From positions 15,392,001-15,456,000 of the forward strand of contig CP068257.2 in NCBI GenBank assembly GCA_009914755.4: a stretch of 64,000 nucleotides of DNA, written 5' to 3'. This stretch comes from the human T2T-CHM13v2.0 reference genome, Homo sapiens. The translations under genes were made by a program, and so were the position numbers. The notes under the pieces were generated by a model. The model was not told the origin of the DNA and did no database searches. It saw nothing but the letters and a program-made list of their open reading frames with translations. Numbering within the stretch: the first letter of the stretch is position 1; each line of letters starts with the position of its first letter. Positions 48,393 to 64,000 of this stretch are shown here, piece after piece.

Positions 48393-50631
48393 ATCAACTT
48401 GGGTCACTGGTGTTGTTATTGATTTTTCTCATGTGGCATGGTAATGTAGCTTCAGCTTTTCTAACAATATGAAAGAAGATCAAGTTTCCAAGAAGAAGGC
48501 TTGAATGGTCCTTCCCATGATGTACACTCAACATAAACTTGGGTAGACCAGGCCAGACCAACAAAGGTGAAGGAAAGTCAGGATGCAAGCTGGCTCAGGG
48601 GAATGAGTTCCACAATAACCCTCAAAAACAAAGAATGGTAATCTGGCTTTCTTGTGACCTATGAAATTAAAAGTACTTAAATATTGCCTAGAAATAAAAT
48701 GCATTTTCATTTTTTGCTTTATTTAAGCATTTATATTCCTGTTATGAACTAAAGATTTGGGTCCTGAAGACATAAATATCACAAAAATCTGAAACACCTA
48801 CCAATGAACTATTTTCTCTGCTGACACAGCAGGAAGAAGACTGAGCTTGTATTTGTTGTATTGCAAGCTGCTCTAGTTTGCTTTTCAAGCTGAACAGGAC
48901 GGTGACATTTTACAGTATCTTATACACTAGAGTGTTAAAATGCTTTTGCAAGCAAGACTTCACTCAGATTTCTTGGAAGTGTTTCAAAATTACATCATTC
49001 TCATTACTAATAAGTATATCTTTTTTGCTTTCCTGATGTTTAGCCAAAATGTTTTTTCTTTTTAGACTGTCTTATTCATTATAGTTTTACTACTTCATAC
49101 CATGTTAAATAATTTTCTTTGCTCTCTAAATTTTTCAAATGTTATGTTCTCCTCTCTTTTCTTTGGCCAGATTATGCATATTTTATACCCTTTATTTTCT
49201 CTTATAAAATCACTTCCACTTCATAAATGATTTATATTACTCTCCTCTGAATCCTTCTCCTCCAAGATTGTTTCCAAATCTGAAGTGATTAGATTCACCA
49301 GTATTAGCTGCCCTGTGCAGTTGCTGCTCTGAGCTCTTAACATTTATTAACATATTCAATCCTCACAACAGCTTTATAAGGTACAGCCTAGTATTTTAGG
49401 CTGATGAGCGACAGGTATGGAGAAGTTAAGCAATTTACCTGTGTTTATTCATCTAGTTACGTAGCAGAACTAGACCTGGAACTCAGATTTTCTCGTTCCA
49501 GAGCCTATTCTTAACTACTCTACCATATTGTCTCTCTATAGCAAACTGATTCATTAGATTAAATCTAAACTGTTACTTCCTTTATTCATAAAATGAGCAT
49601 ATTTATGAAAAATCAGAAATTAAATCAGAGTCAAGAGAGATTGTACTGAAATAATTTTTGTGTGTGCTATGGCAATGTAACTCAGTATACATTCTAGCCT
49701 CTCTTACAACTTAAACCCAACCTAAAATATGAATTGAACAGCCTGCCATTCTGCATTGTTATTTCATGGGATCTTTGAGATATTTTGACCTGAGAGCTGC
49801 TTTTTACAACACAAGTATTTCCAAGGATAGTTATATCTTAGCTATTATCAGCTACTATTGTATGTATCTCTTGTTACCATAAGAATAAGTGGAAGTTAGG
49901 GGACAACATGGATTGGACACTTACATATCCACTTACTTATCTTTTGCTTGTCTGTATCTTCCTGATTTTCTACAATCAACATTACCAGTCTGTTGTTAAA
50001 AATATATATATATATTTTTAAACAGATAAATCTGAATTATAGAGTATATTCAGGATTAAAAGTTACCTGCAATTTTTTTCAAGTTGAACACTCTAGAAAA
50101 TCACATAATAATTTATTCTCCAAATTTTTATTATATACCTATGATTTTGTCATACTGTAGGCACCAAAATAGGTGTGGTAGATTTAAAAGGGAGAGACAG
50201 AAAGAGAGCAGTCAAATGGGTACTCTGCCCAGGAGCACAGTAATGAAGATAAAACAAGAATTGAAAACATATAATTCTAATAAAACCACTACAGATAAGC
50301 CATATTCCCAAATAGATGGCAGACTATACTTTTCATGTTAAACTAAACCTTAATAAACAAATGTATTTAAAATTATTAAGTAAATTTGTACTTAATTAGT
50401 GAAAAGGGCAACATACAGCCATAATAAATTATGTACTGAAAAGTTAAAATGTTAAAAATAAAAATTCCTTAGCCCAGTGCCTTGTTTATAGCAGGTATCA
50501 TAAGTATTTGTACAGCAAGCAATAATGTACATAATATAACTCGAATTGTGCAAAAGTTTGTTGCTCTTACATAATGAATATGAATCTATCATCTATGAAT
50601 CCATCTTCCACTGGATGTCTGGAGAAAATAG

Positions 50632-50784
50632 CAGCAGAAGAAGAATAGCAAGAGGATGAGGAAGAAAAAGAAGAAGAAAAGAAGAGGAAGAAGAAAAAGG
50701 AGGAGGAGGAGGGGAAGGAGAAGAATTATAAGAAGAAAAGAAGAGCAAGAGGAAGAAGAAGGAGGAGGAGGAGGAGGAAGAAGA
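50632..50784. repeat. Purine-rich (GAA)n/(GGA)n simple-repeat tract immediately 5' of the LTR7.
   Basis: gcagcagaagaagaatagcaagaggatgaggaagaaaaagaagaagaaaagaagaggaagaagaaaaaggaggaggaggaggggaaggagaag...ggaggaggaggaggaggaagaaga. Track ORF 50656-50856 (poly-K/R/E/G) is a translation artefact. Confidence 0.9.
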
Positions 50785-51240
50785 TGTCAGGCCTCTGAGC
50801 CCAAGCTAAGCCATCATATCCCCTGTGACCTGCAGGTATACATCCAGATGGCCTGAAGTAACTGAAGAATCACAAAACAAGTGATATTTAAATGGCCTGT
50901 TCATGCCTTAACTGATGACATTCCACCACAAAAGAAGTGAAAATGGCCGGTCCTTGCCTTAACTGATGACATTACCTTGTGAAATTCCTTCTCCTGGCTC
51001 ATCCCGGCTCAAAAGCTCCCCAACGAGCACCTTGTGACCCCCACCCCTGCCCGCCAGAGAACAACCCCCTTTGACTGTAATTTTCCTTTACCTCCCCAAA
51101 CTTATAAGACGGCCCCACCCCTGTCTCCCTTTGCTGACTCTCTTTTTGGACTCAGCCCGCCTGCACCCAGGTGAAATAAACAGCCTTGTTGCTCACACAA
51201 AGCCTGTTTGGTGGTCTCTTCACACGGACGCCAGTGAAAG
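50785..51240 (+). mobile_element. Solo LTR7 (HERV-H long terminal repeat), about 455 bp, forward orientation. No HERV-H internal sequence or PBS follows it.
   Basis: tgtcaggcctctgagcccaagctaagccatcatatcccctgtgacctgcaggtatacatccagatggcctgaagtaactgaagaatcacaaaacaagtg...ttaactgatgacattccaccacaaaagaagtgaaaatggccggtccttgccttaactgatgacattaccttgtgaaattcc...ccccaaacttataagacggccccacccctgtctccctttgctgactctctttttggactcagcccgcctgcacccaggtgaaataaacagccttgttgctcacacaaagcctgtttggtggtctcttcacacggacgcc matches the LTR7 consensus as I recall it, including the duplicated ttaactgatgacatt block and the TATA-like ataagacgg. Confidence 0.88.
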
Positions 51241-51293
51241 AAGGGAGGAGGGCAAGGAGGGAGGAGGAAGGAGGAAGGACGAAGAATTGAAGA
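51241..51293. repeat. Purine-rich (GGA/GAA)-like tract immediately 3' of the LTR7. Probably the continuation of the interrupted purine repeat.
   Basis: aagggaggagggcaaggagggaggaggaaggaggaaggacgaagaattgaagaa. Confidence 0.8.
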
Positions 51294-53130
51294 ATTATCT
51301 TACTCTCTTCCATAAGAAAACATCATCTTTCAGGTAAACCCAGCCTCTAAATTCTAGACATTCAGTAATTTCCCAACCATACTCTACATATATCAAATAA
51401 AGCAAAGAAATAACATACCAAGATGGAGGAGGAGCCTGTCACTCACCTTCCCCCAAGACTTCACTGTTGTGTAATGATGGGTGGATGCTCCAATCAGGGC
51501 CCCACACAGCTGGATACTGTTCCATCTGAAGTTGTAGCTAGCAGAACCCTTGTCTCCTCTCTCCTGAATCTAACTCCAGTGTCCTCACACCTGATGTCGA
51601 ATGTCTGGCTATTGATGGATGTAGCTGATGGCTTTATCCAAGCAGCCCTTCAGTGGTGTCTGGGTGGCTAACTGGATTCACTCTGCAACCTCCTTTTGCC
51701 ATCTTGTTTCTTTTACCTGAATCTCATTCACATACTCATTCAACCAACAGGGTTGAAACTGAAAACCAAACACAGCAGAAGGAACGACCCAAGGTCTTCT
51801 TAGAATGACGAAAACCACTCGGTTGCTTTCCATTACTTTCTGAATTTGCAAGCCCTGTTCCAGTTTGCTGGTGTCTTCTAAGAGTTTGAATATTTGTGAA
51901 TCAGTTCACTTTGTTTTAACTTTTGGCCTTTATTGGGTTTGCTTCAAACGTATTGTCTTTATGTAAGACACATTCAATTTCTTAACCAAACTTTGTTAGT
52001 AAAGAAAAAAACATTTTGTCTTTTCTTTATAAAGTATGGAAAGACTGGCTGTACTAAAATACTAGCTTCATTTTCTCCCTAGTCAGATTTATGTTGTAAC
52101 ATGTAAATTTTAAAAGAGAAAGAGAGAAGAGAAACATACTGAGACAGAGCTATCTTTATAACTGCTGTAGACTTGCCCTTTCCCTCATCCCAATTTCAAA
52201 AAAGATGATATAAAGCTTCATGTTGGCAAGTTAATCACAGTCAGGGAGAGAATGAGCTCAACTGTGTATGTAAAAACTTAGTTGTTTTTCTTTGATTCAT
52301 CCGATAGCATCACACTGGGTCAGTTTCTTGTTTATGCTGTCTTTATTGTTTCTGGTCTTAGAACAATAAACAGCCCTAAGTGGTTTCAATTACAGCAGCA
52401 AAACTGTGCAAATGAACTTTGGCTTTGTTTCATATTGAATAGAGGGTTTTTATGATTTTATAAATGGTGATGTTTAGGAATCTTGCCAAACCTGTTCTAT
52501 AAACAGTGAAGAGTCACATTTGCCAGCTCTAGGCCTTTAAATATCCTTCCCTTGATATGGATAAAATGTTTTTAAAGTTGTCCTATGGAGATGAATAGGA
52601 ATGATGAAATTATCTGCAGATTTAGCATCAATTTGCAAAAACAAAGTATTGGAATGTTTTTGCTGGTCATGTATCCATTAGCCAATACCTGATTTTTTTG
52701 TATGTCTTCCTTAATTGCAGGACAGTATTAGTCAACTGTCACTCACTTTTAACAAATTTAACATACAATTGTAACAGCAAGAATACATTACATTATGCTA
52801 CGGTTACAAATAAACTCCCACCTTCCCAATCTTGATAGCTTCATAGCATAAAAATTTGTGGATAAAAGTATTCAGTAAGTCAGGGAAATATCCTACCTCA
52901 TGTTCCCACAATCACCTGGATGGGGGAAAATAATTCTACAGATTCCTACACAACCAATTAAACATTCCAGAATTGGTAGCACAGGCCCTGCATCCACAGG
53001 GGGTCCAGAAAAGTCAACCTTTCATTTACCTTAGTGCAGAGACATGGCAAGGCAAGGCACTAATTCATTTACAGAACTTGAAGTTTCAGTCTTAGAGAAT
53101 ATTTTGGAAGTCACCATTGGTTAGTGAATG

Positions 53131-53505
53131 TATTAGTCGACTAGAACTGACATAAAATATCACAGACTGGTTGGCATAAACAACAGAAATTAATTTCTCA
53201 CAGTTCTGGAAGGTGGAAATCTAAGACTACAATGTCAGCATGTTTGGTTTCTCTTGAGACTTCTCCTCTTGGCTTACAAATGGCTATCTTCTTGCCATGT
53301 TTTTACATGGCCTTTACTCAGTGCATGTTCATCCCTGGTGTCTCTTTCTCATTAGAATATTGGATTGGAAAGCACCCATATGAACTCATTTAACATTAAT
53401 TATCTCTTTGAAGGCCGTATCTCCAAATATGGTTACATTCTGAGGTACTGGGGGTTGGGACTTCATCAAATGAATTTTCAGGGGACACAGTTCAGCCTGT
53501 CAGAG
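53131..53505 (-). mobile_element. ERVL-MaLR-type solo LTR (MST/MLT-like), probably reverse orientation. Same family as 27955-28317.
   Basis: tattagtcgactagaactgacataaaatatcacagactggttggcataaacaacagaaattaatttctcacagttctggaaggtggaaatctaagactacaatgtcagcatgtttggtttctcttgagac...ccgtatctccaaatatggttacattctgaggtactgggggttgggacttcatcaaatgaattttcaggggacacagttcagcc. Confidence 0.7.
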
Positions 53506-53547
53506 TGAATGAACCATCACAAATCGGTCAGTGTGTCTTTGCAGTTA

Positions 53548-53563
53548 AGATTTACAAGTTGGA
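53548..53563. repeat. 5' copy of the 16-bp target-site duplication (agatttacaagttgga) flanking the full-length L1.
   Basis: ...gcagttaAGATTTACAAGTTGGAgggggaggagccaagatgg. Confidence 0.9.
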
Positions 53564-54464
53564 GGGGGGAGGAGCCAAGATGGCCGAATAGGAACAGCTC
53601 CGGTCTACAGCTCCCAGCGTGAGCGACGCAGAAGATGGGTGATTTCTGCATTTCCATCTGAGGTACTGGGTTCATCTCACTAGAGAGTGCCAGACAGTGG
53701 GTGCAGGTCAGTGGGTGCAGGGCACCGTGCACGAGCCAAAGCAGGGCAAGTCATTGCCTCACTTGGGAAGTGCAAGGGGTCAGAAGGTTCCCTTTCCGAG
53801 TCAAAGAAAGGGGTGACGGACAGCACCTGGAAAATCGGGTCACTCCCACCCGAATACTGAGCTTTTCCGATGGGCTTAAAAAACGGCACACCACGAGATT
53901 ATACCCCACACCTGGCTCGGAGGGTCCTACGCCCACGGAGTCTCGCTGATTGCTAGCACAGCAGTCTGAGATCAAACTGCAAGGCGGCAGTGAGGCTGGG
54001 GGAGGGACCCCCGCCATTGCCCAGGCTTGATTAGGTAAACAAAGCAGCCAGGAAGCTCGAACTGGGTGGAGCCCACCACAGCTCAAGGAGTCCTGCCTGC
54101 CTCTGTAGGCTCCACCTCTGGGGGCAGGGCAAAGACAAACAAAAAGACAGCAGTAACTTCCGCAGACTGAAATGTCCCTGTCTGACAGCTTTGAAGAGAG
54201 CAGTGGTTCTCCCAGCACGCAGCTGGAGATCTGAGAATGGGCAGACTGCCTCCTCAAGTGGGTCCCTGACCCCCGAGCAGCCTAACTGGGAGGCACCCCC
54301 AGCAGGGGCACACTGACACCTCACACGGCAGGTTATTCCAACAGACCTGCAGCTGAGGGTCCTGTCTGTTAGAAGGAAAACTAACAAACAGAAAGGACAT
54401 CCACACCAAAAACCCATCTGTATATCACCATCATCAAAGACCAAAAGTAGATAAAACTACAAAG
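53564..54464 (+). promoter_or_regulatory. L1 5'UTR (~900 bp) carrying the internal sense Pol II promoter and the known L1 antisense promoter region. YY1 box caagatggccg at about 53576-53586.
   Basis: The sequence is collinear with the L1HS/L1PA 5'UTR consensus across its whole length. The YY1 motif is read directly. Functional activity is not determinable from sequence. Confidence 0.7.
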
Positions 54465-55481
54465 ATGGGGAAAAAACAGAACAGAAAAACTGGAAACTCT
54501 AAAAAGCAGAGCGCCTCTCCTCCTCCACAGGAATGCAGTTCCTCACCAGCAACGGAACAAAGCTGGATGGAGAATGACTTTGACGAGCTGAGAGAAGAAG
54601 GCTTCAGACGATCAAATTACTCCGAGCTATGGGAGGACATTCAAACCAAAGGCAAAGAAGTTCAAAACTTTGAAAAAAATTTAGAAGAATGTATAACTAG
54701 AATAACCAATACAGAGAAGTGCTTAAAGGAGCCGATGGAGCTGAAAACCAAGGCTCCAGAACTACGTGAAGAATGCAGAAGCCTCAGGAGCTGATGCAAT
54801 CAACTGGAAGAAAGGGTATCAGCAATGGAAGATGAAATGAATGAAATGAAGTGAGAAGGGAAGTTTAGAGAAAAAAGAATAAAAAGAAATGAGCAAAGCC
54901 TCCAAGAAATATGGAACTATGTGAAAAGACCAAATCTACGTCTGATTGGTGTACCTGAAAGTGATGGGGAGAATGGAACCAAGTTGGAAAACACACTGCA
55001 GGATATTATCCAGGAGAACTTCCCCAATCTAGCAAGGCAGGCCAATGTTCAGATTCAGGAAATACAGAGAATGCCACAAAGATACTCCTCAAGAAGAGCA
55101 ACTCCAAGACACATAATTGTCAGATTCACCAAAGTTGAAATGAAGGAAAAAATGTTAAGGACAGCCAGAGAGAAAGGTCGGGTTACCCTCAAAGGGAAGC
55201 CCATCAGACTAACAGCGGATCTCTCGGCAGAAACCCTACAAGCCAGAAGAGAGTGGGGGCCAATATTCAACATTCTTAAAGAAAAGAATTTTCAACCCAG
55301 AATTTCATATCCAGCCAAACTAAGCTTCATAAGTGAAGGATAAATAAAATACTTTACAGACAAGCAAATGCTGAGAGACTTTGTCACCACCAGGCCTGCC
55401 CTAAAAGAGCTCCTGAAGGAAGTGCTAAATATGGAAAGGAACAACCGGTACCAGCCACTGCAAAATCATGCCAAAATGTAA
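54465..55481 (+). pseudogene. L1 ORF1 (338-codon frame) inactivated by three in-frame nonsense changes: TGA at 54792-54794 and 54852-54854, both at positions where L1HS has CGA, and TAA at 55341-55343 where L1HS has GAA.
   Basis: Track ORFs 54465-54794 and 54921-55343 are in the same frame and match L1 ORF1p (…ELREEGFRRSNYSELWEDIQTKGKEV…; …RLIGVPESDGENGTKLENTLQDIIQENFPNLARQANVQIQEIQRMPQRY…). Two of the stops are CpG-to-TpG transitions. Confidence 0.9.
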
Positions 55482-55544
55482 AGACCATCGAGACTAGGAA
55501 GAAACTGCATCAACTAACGAGCAAAATAACCAGCTAACATCATC

Positions 55545-59366
<3,822 letters not shown>

Positions 59367-59587
59367 ACAATGAGATCACATGGACACAGGAAGGGGAACA
59401 TCACACTCTGGGGACTGTTGTGGGGTGGGTGGAGCGGGGAGGGATAGCATTGGGATATATACCTAATGCTAGATGATGAGTTAGTGGGTGCAGCACACCA
59501 GCATGGCACATGTATACATATGTAACAAACCTGCATATTGTGCACATGTACCCTAAAACTTAAAAGTATAATTAATAAAAAAAAAAA

Positions 59588-59603
59588 AGATTTACAAGTT
59601 GGA
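59588..59603. repeat. 3' copy of the 16-bp L1 target-site duplication (agatttacaagttgga).
   Basis: ...ttaataaaaaaaaaaaAGATTTACAAGTTGGAaataatttgc. Confidence 0.9.
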
Positions 59604-59799
59604 AATAATTTGCAAGCAAAAGTAAGACTGACCAATATTAGGAATCCTATGTGCAGAATTTAGAGTTTCAAGTATGAGAAATTTTTCTAACTACTATACA
59701 AAATCTTCTTTGATTCCAGTTTATTTCAGGATTTTAATAAAAATAGTTAACTGGAAAATGTAGAACATTGCCTATGCTGTTCCAATTAGCTGTTTCCAT

Positions 59800-60215
59800 T
59801 TTTCCAGAATATGCTTGATACGGTTCGGATGGTTGTTTCCTGCAAAACTCATGTTGAAATGTGATTCCTGGTGCTGGAGATGGGTCCTGGTGGGAGATGT
59901 TTGGATCCTGGCTTAGCACCGTGTCCTTGGTGATAAGTGAGTTCTCCCTCAGTTCACAAAAGATCTAGTTGTTTAAAATAGTCTGGGACCTCCCACTTCT
60001 CTCTCTCTTGCTCCTGCTCTTGCTGTGTGATACACCAGCTCCCCTTTTGCCTTCCACCACGAGTGGAAGCTTCCTGAGGCCCTCACCAGGAACAGATCCA
60101 GCACCATGCTTCCTGTACAGCCTACAGAACTATGAGCCAAATAAACCACTTTTTAAAATAAATTATCCAGTCTCAGATATTCCTTTATAATAACACAAAT
60201 AGACTAACACAATGC
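59800..60215 (+). mobile_element. ERVL-MaLR solo LTR (MST/MLT1-like), forward orientation.
   Basis: ...atgcttgatacggttcggatggttgtttcctgcaaaactcatgttgaaatgtgattcctggtgctggagatgggtcctggtgggagatgtttggatc...cagaactatgagccaaataaaccactttttaaaataaattatccagtctcagatattcctttataataacacaaatagactaacacaa. Confidence 0.82.
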
Positions 60216-63112
60216 TGTTTCAATTATCATTAAATATTTTTAAGAGAATTCCAAGTAAAAAACTAACTGATATCAAAAATTATAAAATTTAGTCCTTATC
60301 AACATGAAGAAATTATGTCAATATAATGATTTGCCTTTAGAGTGCTGTTGCTTATTTTTCATCTGACCTATTGTTAAGGATCTTGATTCAATGGAATTAG
60401 GAAAAACTATATTTTCATTTATGTGCTACGCATTTTCAAAATGTGGTTCTGCAAAATGAACCTATATTGCACTTTAACACTAAGCACATAAGTATTTACA
60501 ATTTTGTATGTATCCTTGTTTTAATCAGTTAACCTCGTCAAGCTTTAATTTCATATGTGCATAAAAGAAGATGATAAGACTGACTTCTCACCTTTAAGAG
60601 AGGATAATATTTGAATATAGGTTGTAAATAGGCAATCACATAAAATGTAATGAAAGCCAACGTCAGAAGATAAAGATTCCTAAGTATAAAAATTGAGTTT
60701 TATGAGGGGTTGCTGGAGATGCTGAACTATCAACAGAGAAAGGTTATTAATTTTTGTAGGATTCATTTCTTCTCTATTACAGATGTAAAAACAAATTCAA
60801 AATTCAATTCATATTTTTTTCATTGAATCCTTTATTAATCAAAGAACTATATTTCAACTCATATAACTCTTAGAGGTCATCTAACACAAGGGATAATGCT
60901 GATCACATTAAAGCTAATCAATTTTAAATATATTTACACATGCCAAGACTGTGTAACTTAAAAAAAATGTCTTTTCTTAACTGCATAAATATTTCTGCTG
61001 ACAAAAACAATATTGCCAGTATGAGTCCCGAAGAAAAGTTAAATGCTATTTTTAAAATATAAAATGGAAAAGATAGTATAATACAACGCAAAATTTAAGG
61101 ACAGTTTGGTATATTGAACTGAGATTGTCCAAATTGTGTAAATACAGGCTTTGTGTAATGGTTTACATTTTATTAATGTCATTACCTTTAAAAGCAATTA
61201 TGTCATTACAAAGACAGAATGATAAATATGAGAGTCTGGGAAGAGTATGTGGGTGGGAGCAGGAAACAAAGAGGTTGATTAGTGGGTACAAACATAAAGT
61301 TAGATAGATGAAACAACCTACAATATGCAATAGCAGAATAGGGTGACTATAGTTAGCAACAATATAGTATATGTTTCAAAGTAGATAGAGGAGAGAACTT
61401 GAAATGTTACCAACACATAGAAATGATAAATGCTCAAGGTGGTGGATACCCCCAAAGGCTCTGACTCAGTCATTATACATTTTATGTACATAAAAAATAC
61501 ATGTACCCCCATAAACATGTAAAATATTTTGTATCAGTAAAAAGACTTGGGGGTGACTAAAGATTGTGAGTTGTGGAAAATAATTAGTTTACCCTGTTAA
61601 GCTCACACATCTGCTAGTCAATTAAATAAATAAATGTAATAATATTGTTAGTATTAACAAATATATAAAACATAGTGTTCCAATTCTTAACACTTAAGAC
61701 CATTGTTAGTTTTTCCTTCAAATAATACCCTCTAGGAAAATATTGGGTGACTGTTGCTTACTCTGCACAACTCAAATGACATTCATTTGGCAAACTTACT
61801 TCAACTCCTTAAAGGAAACATTAATTCTTTCTACTCTGAATCCCATTACTCTCAATGTTTTAACTTCTGAAATCCAGAACTCAGAATTTCCCTTAACCTG
61901 CCATCAGGTCCATCCTAAGGAATCCAGTGTCATTTGTCCTCTCAAGCACTATTTCTTCCATAGCCAATCTGTCTGTCCACACTTCTTTGCCTCCTAGTCT
62001 GCCCTGAAGCCCACGTGTTGTCCCTTTAACCAGTTTCTCACCAGCATCTTAGAAGCCCCTCTACCACCCACTTTATTTATCTCTTAATATTTAGTAGATG
62101 TCACAACCTTTTTCTCCACTTTGACCCATAGGCTGTCAAAGCAGTGACAAATTCACTTCATTTTACCCAAATTTCTTATAATTTAAACACCTCTAATTCA
62201 TAATCACTTTTTAATTTACCTTTTATTAAAATTAAAAGTTAGTTTACTCATAAGAATTTCATTTCCTGTAAAAAAAAAATATAGAGAAGTATACAAATGA
62301 GGAAGGAAATTACTCCAAATTTGAATATCTAGAGAGAATTATTATTAACATTTTGGTTAATGTCTTTCTATAATTCTCTCTCTTTCTACCTATATATTAT
62401 ATATATATATGAGATTCATATCTATTAGTCTTTTTCTCTAAGTTATGACTTTTTTGTGCTTACAAAGAACCACCTCAAGAATTAGCAAAATAACCATTAT
62501 TTTTATTTACTATATTTTTATAATTTTGGGGTTCTTTTAATAGCAACATCTGTATTAGTTAGGTTTCTCCAGAGAAACAGGACAAGTGAAATATATAAGT
62601 ATAAATAAAACGAGATTTATTACAGAGAATCAGTTCAGGCAATTACAGAAGCTAAGAAGTCCCACCATCTGACATTTACAAGCTAGAAACCCAGGAGACC
62701 CCTATAATTCCAGTCGGAGTGTGAAGACCGATGTTCTAGCTTGAAAACAGTCATCTGCAATTTTTGATACATGGAATAAGAAAAACATTGGATTGTTTTA
62801 CAAGTTTAGCCAGGTTTTTAACAATTGTAAAATTTTAGCAGTTTTACAAAGTTGATCCAACATTGTATATTAAAAAAATCATCCTTTCTTCTGCTGATTC
62901 ATAATATTCTCCCCATCATATGCTAACTTTTCCAATTTACTCAAATCTATTTCTGAACTATGTATTTTGATCCACTTATCAGTCAGCCAGGTCATGTTGC
63001 AAATTCGTGATGTTTTAGTTATTTCAGCCTTGCTTCATGTTTTAATATTTTATCAAGTATATGTTCCCTCATTATTCATCTTTGCAAACCACCTTAAAAA
63101 ATAATTCTAGCT

Positions 63113-63457
<345 letters not shown>

Positions 63458-64000
63458 AGCTAATTCCCTTTTAGACTTGCAGCTGTAATTGTTCAGCTTT
63501 CCTCTTCTTTTAGATTTTCTACCACTCAATTTCCTTCACTCTCAGAAAATCCATTCCCCTCAATATATCGGAGACATAAAAGTTGCTCATCCTGAAATTT
63601 TTTAACCCCTCCTTTCAAAAATCTCTACTTATGCTACAAATACTCTTAGCTCTTCAAACACATCAGACTTCTTTGCCTGTAGACCCAAGTCCAAAACTTC
63701 TAAACATGGCATTCAGTGTTCTCTAAACTTTGAACTGGTGTCTACCTTTCCATCCTATCTCCTTTTAGGCCTTTTTTCACATATTTCAAGCAAACCAGTC
63801 TCTTCCCCTCTTCCTAAATTAAAAAAAAAAATACCTGTTTTATTTTGCCACCATTTTTTAGTTTATATTACTTCTCTCAATAAAACATCCTTTTCCTTCA
63901 CTACTCCTGCTGTCTCCACCTACCTTTCCCATTCCCTAATTCAACACAAGTAAAGGCTATATAATGGTGCCCACTCTGATGACCTTCCATCCTGTCATCT

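Noticed and set aside
50656-50856. 66-aa ORF encoding KKKKRRGRRKRRRRR...EEEEGGGG.
   Set aside because: Translation of the GAA/GGA simple repeat running into the first bases of LTR7. Not coding.
51300-52500. Possible HERV-H internal region downstream of the LTR7.
   Set aside because: No tRNA-His primer-binding site (tggtgccgtgactcggat) follows the LTR, and the downstream sequence shows no gag-like similarity that I can recognise. I treat it as a solo LTR.
53751-54444. Antisense ORFs of 137 and 168 aa inside the L1 5'UTR as independent genes.
   Set aside because: GC-rich 5'UTR sequence routinely yields antisense ORFs. Only a short ORF0 has literature support, and I cannot confirm the match from memory. 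They are reported as an observation to check, not as features.
59367-59587. Transduced 3' flank or unusually long polyA on the full-length L1.
   Set aside because: The polyA is short (about 12 A) and is followed directly by the TSD. There is no extra sequence between the canonical 3'UTR end and the tail.

Overview
This window is primate (almost certainly human) nuclear DNA. It is AT-rich, low in CpG and very dense in repeats, with no convincing host protein-coding exon. I do not see support for a novel biological system; nothing operon-like, no CRISPR array, and no non-transposon gene is defensible from sequence alone.

The only long ORFs with recognisable products are LINE-1 ORF1/ORF2 remnants. 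Most of the other six-frame ORFs are translations of transposon remnants, simple repeats or GC-rich skew.

What I can support:
- A full-length (~6.0 kb) L1PA element at 53564-59587 (+), with an intact-looking 5'UTR, inactivated ORF1/ORF2, and a perfect 16-bp target-site duplication.
- Three further L1 pieces: 1-3314 (+), 4303-4575 (-), and 17020-19975 (-). The last carries a nested Alu and an internal tandem duplication. A fourth 3' piece lies at 25106-26032 (+).
- About eight Alu copies or fragments. One at 63113-63457 carries AluYa5-type diagnostic sequence, intact CpGs and a perfect 13-bp TSD, so it is a very young, possibly polymorphic insertion.
- A solo HERV-H LTR (LTR7) at about 50785-51240 (+), inserted into a GAA/GGA purine tract.
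- At least eight ERVL-MaLR-type solo LTRs of THE1/MST architecture.
- Several microsatellites and compound repeats.
- A 1.1-kb GC-rich segment of unknown origin that ends in A15 (11990-13098).
- Two pairs of ~110-bp local duplicates.

Strand assignments for the MaLR LTRs and subfamily names are from memory of consensus sequences and need a RepeatMasker/Dfam run to confirm.
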